Positions 1 through 8,309 of a stretch of DNA of 64,000 nucleotides are shown piece by piece; positions within the stretch are counted from its first letter, which is position 1, and each line of letters begins with the position of its first letter. The notes beneath the pieces were generated by a model. The model saw only the letters and a list, made by a program, of their open reading frames with translations. It was not told the DNA's origin and made no database searches. The position numbers and the translations under genes were made by a program. The stretch lies in NCBI GenBank assembly GCA_964439915.1, contig CAYTQT010000008.1, forward strand, positions 10,399-74,398. The letters are read 5' to 3'. This DNA comes from an uncultured Wenzhouxiangella sp. Its GTDB lineage: Bacteria > Pseudomonadota > Gammaproteobacteria > Xanthomonadales > Wenzhouxiangellaceae.

Positions 1-774
1 GTTCGCCTGAACGGCGGTCGGCCCGGCGCAGACCAGGGCCCGGATGCGTTCCGATCGGGGCTGGCCGGCTACGGGTCGGCTGAATCGGTGGGGCTTCAGG
101 GCCTGGATGCACCGATTCTGGATCTGGGCAACGTGATCCCGGGAAATGACCTGCATGAGACCCATGCGCGCGTGACGGCGACGGTCAGTGCGGTGCTTGA
201 ACTCGATCTGATGCCCATCGGCGTCGGTGGCGGCCATGACCTGACCTTTCCCGAGGTGCGCGCGCTGATCGATTCACGCTTTCGGCCGGCCGGGCAGCGC
301 ATCGACGGGGTCTACTTCGATGCCCACCTAGATGTCCGCGAGGAAGACGGCTCGGGCATGCCCTTTCGGCGACTGATCGAGCAAGGCGGTCTGGGGCGCC
401 TGTCCCTGTTCGGTTTCGATCCTCTGGTCAACTCGCCTGAGCATCTGGACTGGTTTCTGTCGAATGGCGGTGAGTTGGCCGAATGGTCGTCAGCGCAATG
501 GCCAGGCGACCGAGCCCAGTTCGTTTCGATCTGTCTTGACGTCCTCGATATGGCCCAGGCGCCGGGGGTCAGCGCACCGAATCCGGCGGGCTGGTCGGTC
601 CAGCGCCTGGCCGACTACGCCGAGGCCGCGGGACGACAGTCCTCGGTCTGCTGCCTTGATCTGATGGAACTGTCCCCGCCCTACGATAAGGACGGGCGCA
701 CGGCGCGCGCTGCGGCCTACCTGTTTCTGCGTTTTCTGAGCGGATTCGCTGGTCGCAAAAAAGCCGCACTCTGA
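1..774 (+). CDS. Arginase/ureohydrolase-family protein (formimidoylglutamase/agmatinase-like); 5' end runs off the window
   Basis: Frame 1 is open from base 1 with no stop before the GTG at 88. Product carries ureohydrolase-type metal-ligand motifs GGGHDLTFP, FDAHLDVRE and SICLDVLD. Confidence 0.7.
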   Translation, partial: VRLNGGRPGADQGPDAFRSGLAGYGSAESVGLQGLDAPILDLGNVIPGNDLHETHARVTATVSAVLELDLMPIGVGGGHDLTFPEVRALIDSRFRPAGQRIDGVYFDAHLDVREEDGSGMPFRRLIEQGGLGRLSLFGFDPLVNSPEHLDWFLSNGGELAEWSSAQWPGDRAQFVSICLDVLDMAQAPGVSAPNPAGWSVQRLADYAEAAGRQSSVCCLDLMELSPPYDKDGRTARAAAYLFLRFLSGFAGRKKAAL

Positions 775-793
775 TCGCCCGGCGCCAGATCGA

Positions 794-2194
794 TCAAACT
801 CGATCGGCCCGTCGCCTGAGAAAGTTCAGCAGGTCGACACGCGTGATCAGTCCGAGAAAATCCTCTCCGTCCATCACGATCGCGACGTGGTCGCGGTTGA
901 AGATCGGCAGAAGTTCATCGATCGAGTCGCGATACTGGACCGATTCGAGATCCTGGACCATCGCGCTGTGGACCGGGCGGGCAAAGCGTGACTCGTCCTC
1001 GTAGACGGCCAGCAGAATATCGGATTCATCGATGATGCCGACGATGCGGCTGTCGTCCATCACCGGCAGCTGGGAAATATCGTAGAGCATCATGCGTTTG
1101 TAGGCATTGGCCAGGGTCTCTTCGTGGCCGACGGTCACGGCATCGCGGCTGGCCATCGGGCGCGCGATCAGGTCGCGCAGGTCGCCGTAGTTGCTGCCCG
1201 CCAGCAGGCCGTGTTCGCGCATCCAGAAGTCGTTGTAGACCTTGGAGAGGTAACGGTTGCCGGTATCGCAGACCATCGACAGCACCCGCTTCGGTTCTGT
1301 CTGTTCACGACAGTAGCGCAGGGCAGCGGCGACCAGCGTGCCGGTCGATGATCCGCCCATCAGGCCCTCGCGCTTGAGCAGTTCGCGCGCGGTCATGAAG
1401 CTTTCCCGATCAGAAATGGCATAGGCCCTGGAGACCCGACTGAAATCACTGATCGATGGCAGAAAGTCCTCGCCGATGCCTTCGACCAGCCAGCCGCCGG
1501 CATCCTCACGGACATGGCCTGTGGCAATGTAGTCGGCCAGGATCGAGCCCTCGGGATCGGCGAGAACCAGCTCGAGGTCGGGCGCGGCCTCGGCAAAATA
1601 GCGCGACAGTCCGGTGATCGTGCCGCTGGAGCCGACGCCGACCACCATGGCGTCGAGATTGCCCTCCATCTGGCGCCAGATTTCCGGGCCGGTCATGGTT
1701 TCATGCGTGCGCGGGTTGTCCGGATTGCCGAACTGGTTGATGAAGTAGCTGTTTTCGGTCTTTTCGGCGAGGGTGGCCGCGAGGTCCTGATAGTACTCCG
1801 GGTGACCCTTGCCGACGTCGGAGCGGGTGATCACGACCTCGGCGCCCATCGCCTTGAGATTGGAGATCTTTTCCCGGCTCATCTTGTCGGGGATGACCAG
1901 GATCAGGCGGTAGCCCTTCTGCGCAGCCACCAGGGCCAGACCGAGTCCGGTGTTGCCCGCCGTGCCCTCGACCAGGGTGGCGCCGGGTTCGAGGTCGCCG
2001 CGGCGCTCGGCTTCCTCGATCATCTTCAGCGCGATGCGATCCTTGATCGATCCGCCGGGATTGTTGGCCTCCAGTTTCAGATACAGCTGGCAGGGGCCGG
2101 TATCGAGGTGGTTGACACGCACGATCGGCGTCTCGCCGATCAGGTCCAGAACGTTATTGTGTACCGACATATCCAAGGCTTCGAGTGACGTCAC
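794..2194 (-). CDS. Cystathionine beta-synthase (PLP-dependent cysteine-synthase fold plus C-terminal CBS pair)
   Basis: 466 aa. N-terminal NPGGSIKDR and GTAGNTG, GVGSSGT PLP-fold motifs. C-terminal ~130 aa shows a tandem CBS-domain pattern (ISQLPVMDD..IVGIIDESDIL; HVAIVMDGEDFLGLITRVDLL). Confidence 0.85.
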   Translation of the reverse strand: MTSLEALDMSVHNNVLDLIGETPIVRVNHLDTGPCQLYLKLEANNPGGSIKDRIALKMIEEAERRGDLEPGATLVEGTAGNTGLGLALVAAQKGYRLILVIPDKMSREKISNLKAMGAEVVITRSDVGKGHPEYYQDLAATLAEKTENSYFINQFGNPDNPRTHETMTGPEIWRQMEGNLDAMVVGVGSSGTITGLSRYFAEAAPDLELVLADPEGSILADYIATGHVREDAGGWLVEGIGEDFLPSISDFSRVSRAYAISDRESFMTARELLKREGLMGGSSTGTLVAAALRYCREQTEPKRVLSMVCDTGNRYLSKVYNDFWMREHGLLAGSNYGDLRDLIARPMASRDAVTVGHEETLANAYKRMMLYDISQLPVMDDSRIVGIIDESDILLAVYEDESRFARPVHSAMVQDLESVQYRDSIDELLPIFNRDHVAIVMDGEDFLGLITRVDLLNFLRRRADRV

Positions 2195-2251
2195 AGGGCC
2201 CGAACCTTAGCCCATGACCGAAGGGGCGGCAAGCCCTGTCGAGCAGGGCCG

Positions 2252-2294
2252 TTAAAAGAAAACGGCCGAAGACCGGGTCATCGGTCTCGGCCGT
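2252..2294 (-). terminator. Putative intrinsic terminator downstream of the DUF465 gene
   Basis: Stem acggccgaagaccg / cggtctcggccgt (one bulge). On the minus strand it is followed by a T-rich run (ttttctttt), and it lies about 55 nt after the stop at 2351. Confidence 0.5.
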
Positions 2295-2350
2295 TGATTC
2301 AGGGGTAACCGGTCGGGTACCGCGAAAAGCGCATTCCCGACAGCGGGGGA

Positions 2351-2569
2351 TCAGGCGGCTTGCGACTGATCCATCAGCCTTGCAAGCTGATCCTTGATCG
2401 ACAGTTTTTCACGCTTGAGCTTGTTCAGAGCCAGGTCTTCCATCGGTGCGGTGCCGTTCTCGGCCGCAATCACGCGCTTTTCGAGCTGCTGGTGATTGTT
2501 GTACATCTTGCGGAATCGTTCGTTGCTCTTGAGCAGCGTTTCCATCTGTTCCTGGCGATGTTCGAACAT
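2351..2569 (-). CDS. DUF465 / YdcH-family small protein
   Basis: 72-aa product MFEHRQEQMETLLKSNERFRKMYNNHQQLEKRV... is a typical DUF465 coiled-coil protein. AAGGAGA Shine-Dalgarno lies 6 nt upstream of the ATG at 2569. The longer 157-aa ORF extension is low-complexity and has no SD. Confidence 0.7.
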   Translation of the reverse strand: MFEHRQEQMETLLKSNERFRKMYNNHQQLEKRVIAAENGTAPMEDLALNKLKREKLSIKDQLARLMDQSQAA

Positions 2570-2795
2570 TGGCGTTCTCCTTGGATCGGTTGTTTCAAAG
2601 GCACAAACGGGCCCGAACGGCATAGATGCAGCCTGGCCGGGTCGCTTGAGATGAATGAGGTGAAGAGGCCCTGAGACGGGCCGATACGGCAGATGGGCCG
2701 AAATGCTGAACCGAATCGGTCTGTGAGCCGCGATAGCCCTTGGGGATTGCGATTCGTCGCAGGATTCAGTGGAATCGGACTCCATCGGTCCGTCA

Positions 2796-2824
2796 TTTAT
2801 AACGCCGGATGGAGAGCAAATCAA
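2796..2824 (-). promoter_or_regulatory. Candidate sigma70 promoter (TTGATT-N17-TATAAA) for the DUF465 gene, implying a ~220-nt 5' UTR
   Basis: On the minus strand the -35 TTGATT is at 2824-2819, the spacer is 17 nt, and the -10 TATAAA is at 2801-2796. It lies in a 300-bp intergenic region of lower GC. Confidence 0.35.
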
Positions 2825-2876
2825 GCAGCGCTCGATGGTTCCACGATCAGCGCCCGGCTGGCGGCCTCGTAATGAC

Positions 2877-3866
2877 TCAGTCGTCGAGCAGAATCACATC
2901 AACACGGCGGTTCCGGTTTCGGCCCTCGGCATCGTCGTTGCTCGCGATCGGGAAGTCCTCGCCCATGCCGATGGCCTGGACCCGGTCTGCCGCAATTCCC
3001 ATCGCCACGAGCGTGTCTCGCACCGCTTCGGCACGCTCGAAGGAAATGCGTTGATTGACTGCCGCCGGGCCGCTGGCGTCAGTGTGCCCTTCGATCCGGA
3101 TTCGCTTGTCAGGCTCGCTCTGGAGGAGTTCAACGACATCCTGCAGGTTGTCGCGAGCCGAGGGCTGAAGCTGGGTTTCACCGACCGCAAACAGGACATC
3201 ACCGAGCGTCACGACCACGCCCCTATCGGTCTGGCGCAGCTCCATGAGTTCAAGCCGTCGTCGCAATGAATCGGCGTCCTGCGAGGCCAGCTCGGCTTCG
3301 CGTCGCGCCAGTTCGATCTCGTTGGCCTGGGCTGCGGCCAGCCGGCGTGCAGCTTCGGCTTCTTCGCGGGCGGCGGCCTCGCGCCGGGCCGCCTCTTCGC
3401 GCAGCTCTTCAGCGGTCATGGCATCACGCCGGGTGCGGGCCGCCTCTTCCTGGGCGGCGGCCGATTCCATCCGGGCGCGCTCCGCTTCACGTCGAGCCTG
3501 TTCGACTTCCAGACGACTGGCACGCAGCAGCAGCTCGGTGCGCTCGGCCTCGATCGCATCGATCTGGGTCAGTGCCTTGGCCCGGAATGCGCTGGCACGT
3601 GCGATTTCCAGACGTTTCTCAGCCAGCAGCAGTCGATGCGCCCGTTCCGTGTCGGTCAGTCCTTCGACACCTGCTTCGCGCACCGCGCGCTCGGCGTCTG
3701 CCAGGGGCAGGGGAACCAGGTCTGATAGTTCGTTGTTGGCCCGGAAATCGTTCAGATCGTTGCGGATATTGTCCAGCGCCGTGTCTTCGCGCGGTGGCGG
3801 TGCGCAGGCCACCAGGCTGGCGGCCAGGGCTGCGAGCAGCAGGCCTCGAATCCAGGGGGTATTCAT
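2877..3866 (-). CDS. OmpA-family lipoprotein with N-terminal DUF4398-like region and long Ala/Glu/Arg coiled coil
   Basis: Lipobox LLAALAASLVAC. Central EEAARREAAAREEAEAARRLAAAQ coiled coil. C-terminal OmpA_C signature: GVVVTLGDVLFAVGETQL...IRIEGHTDASG...NQRISFERAEAVRDTL...NRRVDVIL. Confidence 0.85.
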   Translation of the reverse strand: MNTPWIRGLLLAALAASLVACAPPPREDTALDNIRNDLNDFRANNELSDLVPLPLADAERAVREAGVEGLTDTERAHRLLLAEKRLEIARASAFRAKALTQIDAIEAERTELLLRASRLEVEQARREAERARMESAAAQEEAARTRRDAMTAEELREEAARREAAAREEAEAARRLAAAQANEIELARREAELASQDADSLRRRLELMELRQTDRGVVVTLGDVLFAVGETQLQPSARDNLQDVVELLQSEPDKRIRIEGHTDASGPAAVNQRISFERAEAVRDTLVAMGIAADRVQAIGMGEDFPIASNDDAEGRNRNRRVDVILLDD

Positions 3867-4240
3867 TCCAGTACTCCTTGGCCGTAGGCTTCGACCAGAT
3901 CGGCCTTGAGCTCGTCGAGTGCCTGCTGCCTGTCGGCCAGCCGGGCCCGCGCCAGGGCAGCCTGGGTGCGGGCAAGGGCGAGCTGGGCTTCGATTTCCGC
4001 ACCATCGGCCAGGCGCCGGGCCTGGTCTACATCGTCGAGCTCGAGTGCCTCGATGGCCGCTTCCAGGCGCTCGCGAGCAAAGCGCAGTTCGAGCGGCGAA
4101 TATTCCTGGGCACCAACCAGTTCGGCCTGGCTGATGGCAGCGCGCGCATTGTTGAGCAGGGTGGGATCCGGCGGCAGCGTGGCGCAGGAAGACAGCGCGA
4201 TGATCAGCGTGATGAGAAGAATGGGTCGGATGGGTTTCAT
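3863..4240 (-). CDS. DUF4398-like periplasmic lipoprotein
   Basis: 125 aa starting MKPIRPILLITLIIALSSCA (lipobox). The helical A/E/L-rich body is typical of DUF4398. Its stop overlaps the downstream OmpA-family start as ATGA at 3863-3866. The upstream 74-aa ORF extension was rejected. Confidence 0.7.
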   Translation of the reverse strand: MKPIRPILLITLIIALSSCATLPPDPTLLNNARAAISQAELVGAQEYSPLELRFARERLEAAIEALELDDVDQARRLADGAEIEAQLALARTQAALARARLADRQQALDELKADLVEAYGQGVLE

Positions 4241-4292
4241 GGCAGGGACGCTTGAATTCTCGTATGGCTTGGACAGTGGGTCAGGGGTGATG

Positions 4293-4946
4293 TCATTCGG
4301 CATCGATCTGGGCCTCGGGCGCGGCTTTCGCGATGGCCGGAACGGCCTCCAGCGCATCACAGATGGCAACAATGCGAGGAAGTGCCTCAAGAGAACAGTT
4401 GAACCTGCGTGCATTATAGACCTGCGGCAGCAGGCAGCAATCCGCAATCCCCGGTGCATCACCGTGGCAGAAGCGTCCTGCCTGCCCGTCCGACAGCATG
4501 GCTTCGACCTGACCCAATCCCCGTTCGGTCCAGTGACGGTACCAGCCGAGCTTGGTCTGCTCGCTGGCGCCCACCTCGCTGACCAGATAGCCCAGGACTC
4601 GCAGGTTGTTCAGGGGATGAATGTCGCAGGCAATCGCCTGGGCGATCGCTCGAACGCGGGCTCGCTCCGCTGCGGACCCGGGCAGCAGGGCAGGCTCCGG
4701 GAAACGTTCTTCCAGGTACTCGAGCATGGCCATCGACTGGGTGATGACCAGTCCGTCGATTTCCAGAGTCGGCACCAGGGCCTGCGGATTGAGCGCCCGA
4801 TAGGCATCCCTGTGCTGTTCCCCGCCATCTCGGACCAGATGGACCGTGCGCGATTCCCAGTCCAGGCCCTTGAGGTTGAGCGCCATGCGAACCCGGTAGC
4901 TGGCCGAGGATCGCCAGTAGCCGTGCAGAACGATGGAGTCGGTCAT
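4293..4946 (-). CDS. maiA: Maleylacetoacetate isomerase (zeta-class glutathione S-transferase)
   Basis: 217 aa from MTDSIVLHGYWRSSASYRVRMALNLKGL. Contains the zeta-GST SSxxxRxRIAL-type motif and a NPQALVPTLEIDG region. Confidence 0.85.
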   Translation of the reverse strand: MTDSIVLHGYWRSSASYRVRMALNLKGLDWESRTVHLVRDGGEQHRDAYRALNPQALVPTLEIDGLVITQSMAMLEYLEERFPEPALLPGSAAERARVRAIAQAIACDIHPLNNLRVLGYLVSEVGASEQTKLGWYRHWTERGLGQVEAMLSDGQAGRFCHGDAPGIADCCLLPQVYNARRFNCSLEALPRIVAICDALEAVPAIAKAAPEAQIDAE

Positions 4947-5133
4947 TGATTCCCCGGGGATTGATGTCGACCCGTCAGGATACCGCATACCCGACGGCAC
5001 CCGGATACCAGGATATGCAGGGATGCGGTGTCGTGGTCTGCCCGGTCGATCGAACAGTCGGCAGGGGATTGCCCTGCTCTGATAAGGTTACCGGTCTGTT
5101 TGCATGATCCATTATCGAGCCGAGGGAAAAGTC

Positions 5134-6384
5134 GTGATTCAGATGAAAGTGGGTATCGATGCCATGGCCTTCCATGGGCCGGAATGTTTCGTCGATATGG
5201 AGGATCTGGCGCGCGCCCGTGGCGTGGCACCGGAAAAATTCACTCTAGGGATCGGACAGCGTCAGATGGCCGTCGCCACCCCCTGCGAGGACACGGTCAC
5301 GATGGCCGCTCTGGCCGGACGCAAGGCCCTGGCCGACTTCGACATCGACCCTGACCAGATCGGCACGCTGATCGTTGGCACCGAGACCGGGGTGGATCAC
5401 AGCAAGCCGGTCGCCGTCTACGTGCACGAACTGCTTGGCCTGCCGACCAGCTGCCGGACCTTCGAGACCAAGCACGCCTGCTATGGGGCGATGGCTGGAC
5501 TGACCTCGGCGTCGGACTGGATCCTGGCCGGCCGGGCCCGGGGCCGCAAGGCGCTGATCATCGCCTCGGACATCGCGCGCTACGGTCTGAATACGCCGGG
5601 TGAGCCAACTCAGGGCGCCGGCGCGGTCGCCATGGTGGTTTCGCCCGACCCCCGCCTGTTGACCTTCGACACGGCCCTTGAAGGCGATTACACCCGGCAG
5701 GTCATGGATTTCTGGCGACCGCTGTATTCCAAATACGCCTTTGCCGACGGCCATTATTCGATCGAATGCTATCTGGATGCCCTGTCATCCTGCTGGTCCG
5801 AGACCGTTCACTCGGCTGGCGGCAGTTTCGATCAGTTCGCCCTGGCGGCACTCGACGCGTGCTTCTACCACGTCCCATTCACCAAGATGGCGAAGAAAGC
5901 CCATCATCGGCACTGGGAGGTCGAGTCGGGTCAGGCCATTGACCTCGACTCCCCGCTGGGCAGTCAGGTCAGCCACAGCTACAGGACCCGAGTCGAGCCC
6001 TGGCTTTCACTGAACGCCGTGGTCGGGAACATTTATACCGGCTCTCTGTTTCTTTCGGTGATGGACTACCTGCGAGCTTCGACACCGGAGCGTGAGGGTC
6101 GACCGGTGAGCCTGTTCTCCTATGGCAGCGGTTGCGGTGCAGCCTTCTCGGTGGCGCGGGTCAGCGACGGCGCTTCATGCTACGCCGCTGCGGTCGATCC
6201 CGCCGATCACCTGGCCGATCGTCGCCGTCTGTCGATCGACGACTACGAGGCGATCTGTCTGGCAGGTGAAGTTGCCGACCACAATGAAGCGAGCCAGGCC
6301 GACCCGGCGCGCTGGGGGCTGACGGCCGATATCCATTACGTCGGAACCGTCGATCACCAGCGCCGCTATTCGACAGGATCCTGA
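5134..6384 (+). CDS. mvaS: Hydroxymethylglutaryl-CoA synthase
   Basis: MKVGIDAMAFHGPECFVDMEDLARARGVAPEKFTLGIGQRQMAV closely parallels bacterial MvaS N-termini. Catalytic Cys context is KHACYGAMAGL. GTG at 5134 has a GAGGGA SD 6 nt upstream; an alternative ATG is at 5143. Confidence 0.85.
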   Translation: MIQMKVGIDAMAFHGPECFVDMEDLARARGVAPEKFTLGIGQRQMAVATPCEDTVTMAALAGRKALADFDIDPDQIGTLIVGTETGVDHSKPVAVYVHELLGLPTSCRTFETKHACYGAMAGLTSASDWILAGRARGRKALIIASDIARYGLNTPGEPTQGAGAVAMVVSPDPRLLTFDTALEGDYTRQVMDFWRPLYSKYAFADGHYSIECYLDALSSCWSETVHSAGGSFDQFALAALDACFYHVPFTKMAKKAHHRHWEVESGQAIDLDSPLGSQVSHSYRTRVEPWLSLNAVVGNIYTGSLFLSVMDYLRASTPEREGRPVSLFSYGSGCGAAFSVARVSDGASCYAAAVDPADHLADRRRLSIDDYEAICLAGEVADHNEASQADPARWGLTADIHYVGTVDHQRRYSTGS

Positions 6385-6462
6385 ACAGCAGACTCGTGGC
6401 CGACACGGCTTTTCCCGCTTGTCCGTTTCGGGCCAAGCGATTCCGATCTGTCGAAACAGGAC

Positions 6463-6996
6463 TTAGATGGTGCGAACCGTAGCCAGTGCGGGTTGTTCAA
6501 GGAACTGGCGCGCGCTGTTCAGCTGGTCGTGCGATTCGGCATGCACCACAAGGATCGACTTGCCCGAGCGGAGGGCGTCCCGAGCTGCGTAGAGGTAGGG
6601 GCTCTGATCTGGCCGCAGGGTAAACAGTCCACCGACGAGCAGGCCCATCAGGGTCAGTACATGTACAAATACCAGGCCGGAGAGGACAGGATTGTCCGTA
6701 ACGACATTCCAGCCAGCCGCCAATAGGGCAAAGAACGTCACGATCGCCAGACCCGCCCCCAGGGCGCCGAAAACTGCGTGGGCGCGAAGCGTTGTCCGCC
6801 AGATTCCTTCGCTTTCGGGCAGCAGTCGCCGTGCTCGGTGCCGCGACTGCGGTTCCAGGACATCGGTTTGTTTCTGATCCAGATCGATGCTTTCGCCGAG
6901 CTGCTTCCGGGCAAGCCTGGCCTGGGCCGCATCGTCGAAGACCGCCGCCATCTTGTGGCTGCTTGACTCACCGGTCGGGCTGAGTGTCTTGGTCAT
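6463..6996 (-). CDS. Hypothetical membrane protein (two predicted TM helices)
   Basis: 177 aa. AAGGAAAG SD sits upstream of the ATG at 6996. Two hydrophobic spans: VFGALGAGLAIVTFFALLAAGW and VLSGLVFVHVLTLMGLLVGGLF. No family recognised. Confidence 0.5.
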   Translation of the reverse strand: MTKTLSPTGESSSHKMAAVFDDAAQARLARKQLGESIDLDQKQTDVLEPQSRHRARRLLPESEGIWRTTLRAHAVFGALGAGLAIVTFFALLAAGWNVVTDNPVLSGLVFVHVLTLMGLLVGGLFTLRPDQSPYLYAARDALRSGKSILVVHAESHDQLNSARQFLEQPALATVRTI

Positions 6997-7270
6997 GGTT
7001 CTTTCCTTTGGTAGCGCATATTCACGGCTGTCAGTATCCGGAAGCGCTTTTGCTGAGTTCTCTTTGAGGGTAAACCGAGGGGTCGTCAGAAATAAAAATT
7101 GTGTGAAAGGTGGATGTTTTCACAGACCTCCTCCGGAGCATGGCCAGCGGTCTGAGCATCTGACGGCGCGGATGTCAGGGTTGGCTGGATGCGGCTGGGA
7201 GAGAGGGTCAGGCCTGGACGGCGCAAGGCATGAGATACTGGGTGGCATCGCCGTCAAGGGTTTTCTCTGC

Positions 7271-7486
7271 ATGAAATCCAGAAATGTGTTCGTCTGCTCT
7301 ATATTGCTTTTGTCCCTGATGGGTGCTGCAGGCTGTGCGACCACGCAGGACATGCTGCAGTCAACGGCTGAGTCCTATCAGTGCGAACGCGAAGCAGCTA
7401 ACCGCCCGGATCAGGCACAGCGCAGGGCTGAGTGCCAGTTTCGCCAGCAGCAGATTGCCAGCCGCGGGTTGTCGCATGCTTCCTGA
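7271..7486 (+). CDS. Small putative lipoprotein
   Basis: 71 aa: MKSRNVFVCSILLLSLMGAAGC (lipobox) followed by a Gln/Arg-rich tail. Weak SD. The remainder of the 199-aa track ORF upstream looks non-coding. Confidence 0.45.
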   Translation: MKSRNVFVCSILLLSLMGAAGCATTQDMLQSTAESYQCEREAANRPDQAQRRAECQFRQQQIASRGLSHAS

Positions 7487-7760
7487 TTTCAAGCAGTTCC
7501 AGGCTTCGCTGGACCAGCAGGTCGAATTGGCAGTTGCAGGTCAACAGCTGTCGGCTCGGGTGGTCGAAGTCAAGGCACTTCGCAAGCAGGATGAGGCAGA
7601 CCGCCAGCCGTTTTCGGTGGTGCTGGTCACCGAACAGGCCGAGCCCCTCGATCAGCAGATTTTCTCACTGCAGCACCCCGATCTGGGCCGCGTCGAGCTG
7701 TTTCTTGTGCCGATCGGGCCGCGCGGAGAGGGGATGGCCTACGAGGCCGTGATCACCTGA
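7476..7760 (+). CDS. Small conserved hypothetical protein, paralogue of 8310-8696 (pattern resembles the DUF6916 family; unverified)
   Basis: 94 aa: MLPDFKQFQASLDQQVEL...FSLQHPDLGRVELFLVPIGPRGEGMAYEAVIT. By eye it aligns with the mature part of the Tat-signal protein at 8310-8696. Confidence 0.5.
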   Translation: MLPDFKQFQASLDQQVELAVAGQQLSARVVEVKALRKQDEADRQPFSVVLVTEQAEPLDQQIFSLQHPDLGRVELFLVPIGPRGEGMAYEAVIT

Positions 7761-7769
7761 GCCAGGCAG

Positions 7770-8297
7770 TCAGGCGTCGGCCCGCCACTCCATGAACAGA
7801 TACACCCCGCGGTCTTCCAGCAGTCTGAAACCGTAGCGTCGATACCATTCGGCGGCGGGGTTGAACTGCTCGACGTGGATGCGCACGGCCAGGTCTCTTT
7901 CTTTGGCAATCGACAGCAGCTTTTCGAGAAGCAGGCTGCCCAGCCCGGCGCTACGCATTTCCGGCAGCAGCGCGATGTCGATCAGGCGGATCTCCTCATC
8001 GCGCTCGTCCAGATACAGGCGTCCGATTCGTTGCCAGGGAGCGGTCTGGTCTGATGGCGCTGGTCGATGTTCGATCAGCAGGTACTCGGCGTGAGTGAAA
8101 TGCTGCTGATAGTGACCGTGCTGAGCTTCGAATTGCTGCTTCAGAAAGGCTTGCTTCTGTTCCGGTGGCCAGTCGACCTGATTCAGTTCCTCGACACGCG
8201 TACTGGCATAGAGCCGTTCGAGAAACGACAGATCGTCCGGGGATATTTTGCGCAACCGGACGCCGGCGGGTAATCCGGTCAGGGCCTCGAGCAACAC
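7770..8297 (-). CDS. GNAT-family N-acetyltransferase
   Basis: 175 aa. Acetyl-CoA binding region IALLPEMRSAGLGSLLLEKLL (Q/RxxGxG/A type), followed by NPAAEWYRRYGF. Confidence 0.8.
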   Translation of the reverse strand: MLLEALTGLPAGVRLRKISPDDLSFLERLYASTRVEELNQVDWPPEQKQAFLKQQFEAQHGHYQQHFTHAEYLLIEHRPAPSDQTAPWQRIGRLYLDERDEEIRLIDIALLPEMRSAGLGSLLLEKLLSIAKERDLAVRIHVEQFNPAAEWYRRYGFRLLEDRGVYLFMEWRADA

Positions 8298-8309
8298 GGC
8301 TGAAGGAAA

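Noticed and set aside
2570-2824. N-terminal extension of the DUF465 ORF, which the track gives as 157 aa (2351-2824).
   Set aside because: The extension is Pro/Ser/Arg-rich and lacks an SD. The internal ATG at 2569 has a strong AAGGAGA SD and yields the normal ~70-aa DUF465 length.
4241-4462. Longer 199-aa version of the DUF4398 lipoprotein ORF. Similar upstream extensions occur at 4947-5000, 37457-37519, 41531-41671, 23659-23850 and 6887-7270.
   Set aside because: In each case an internal start yields a proper signal peptide, lipobox or family-typical N-terminus, while the extension is low-complexity or overlaps a neighbouring gene or promoter region.
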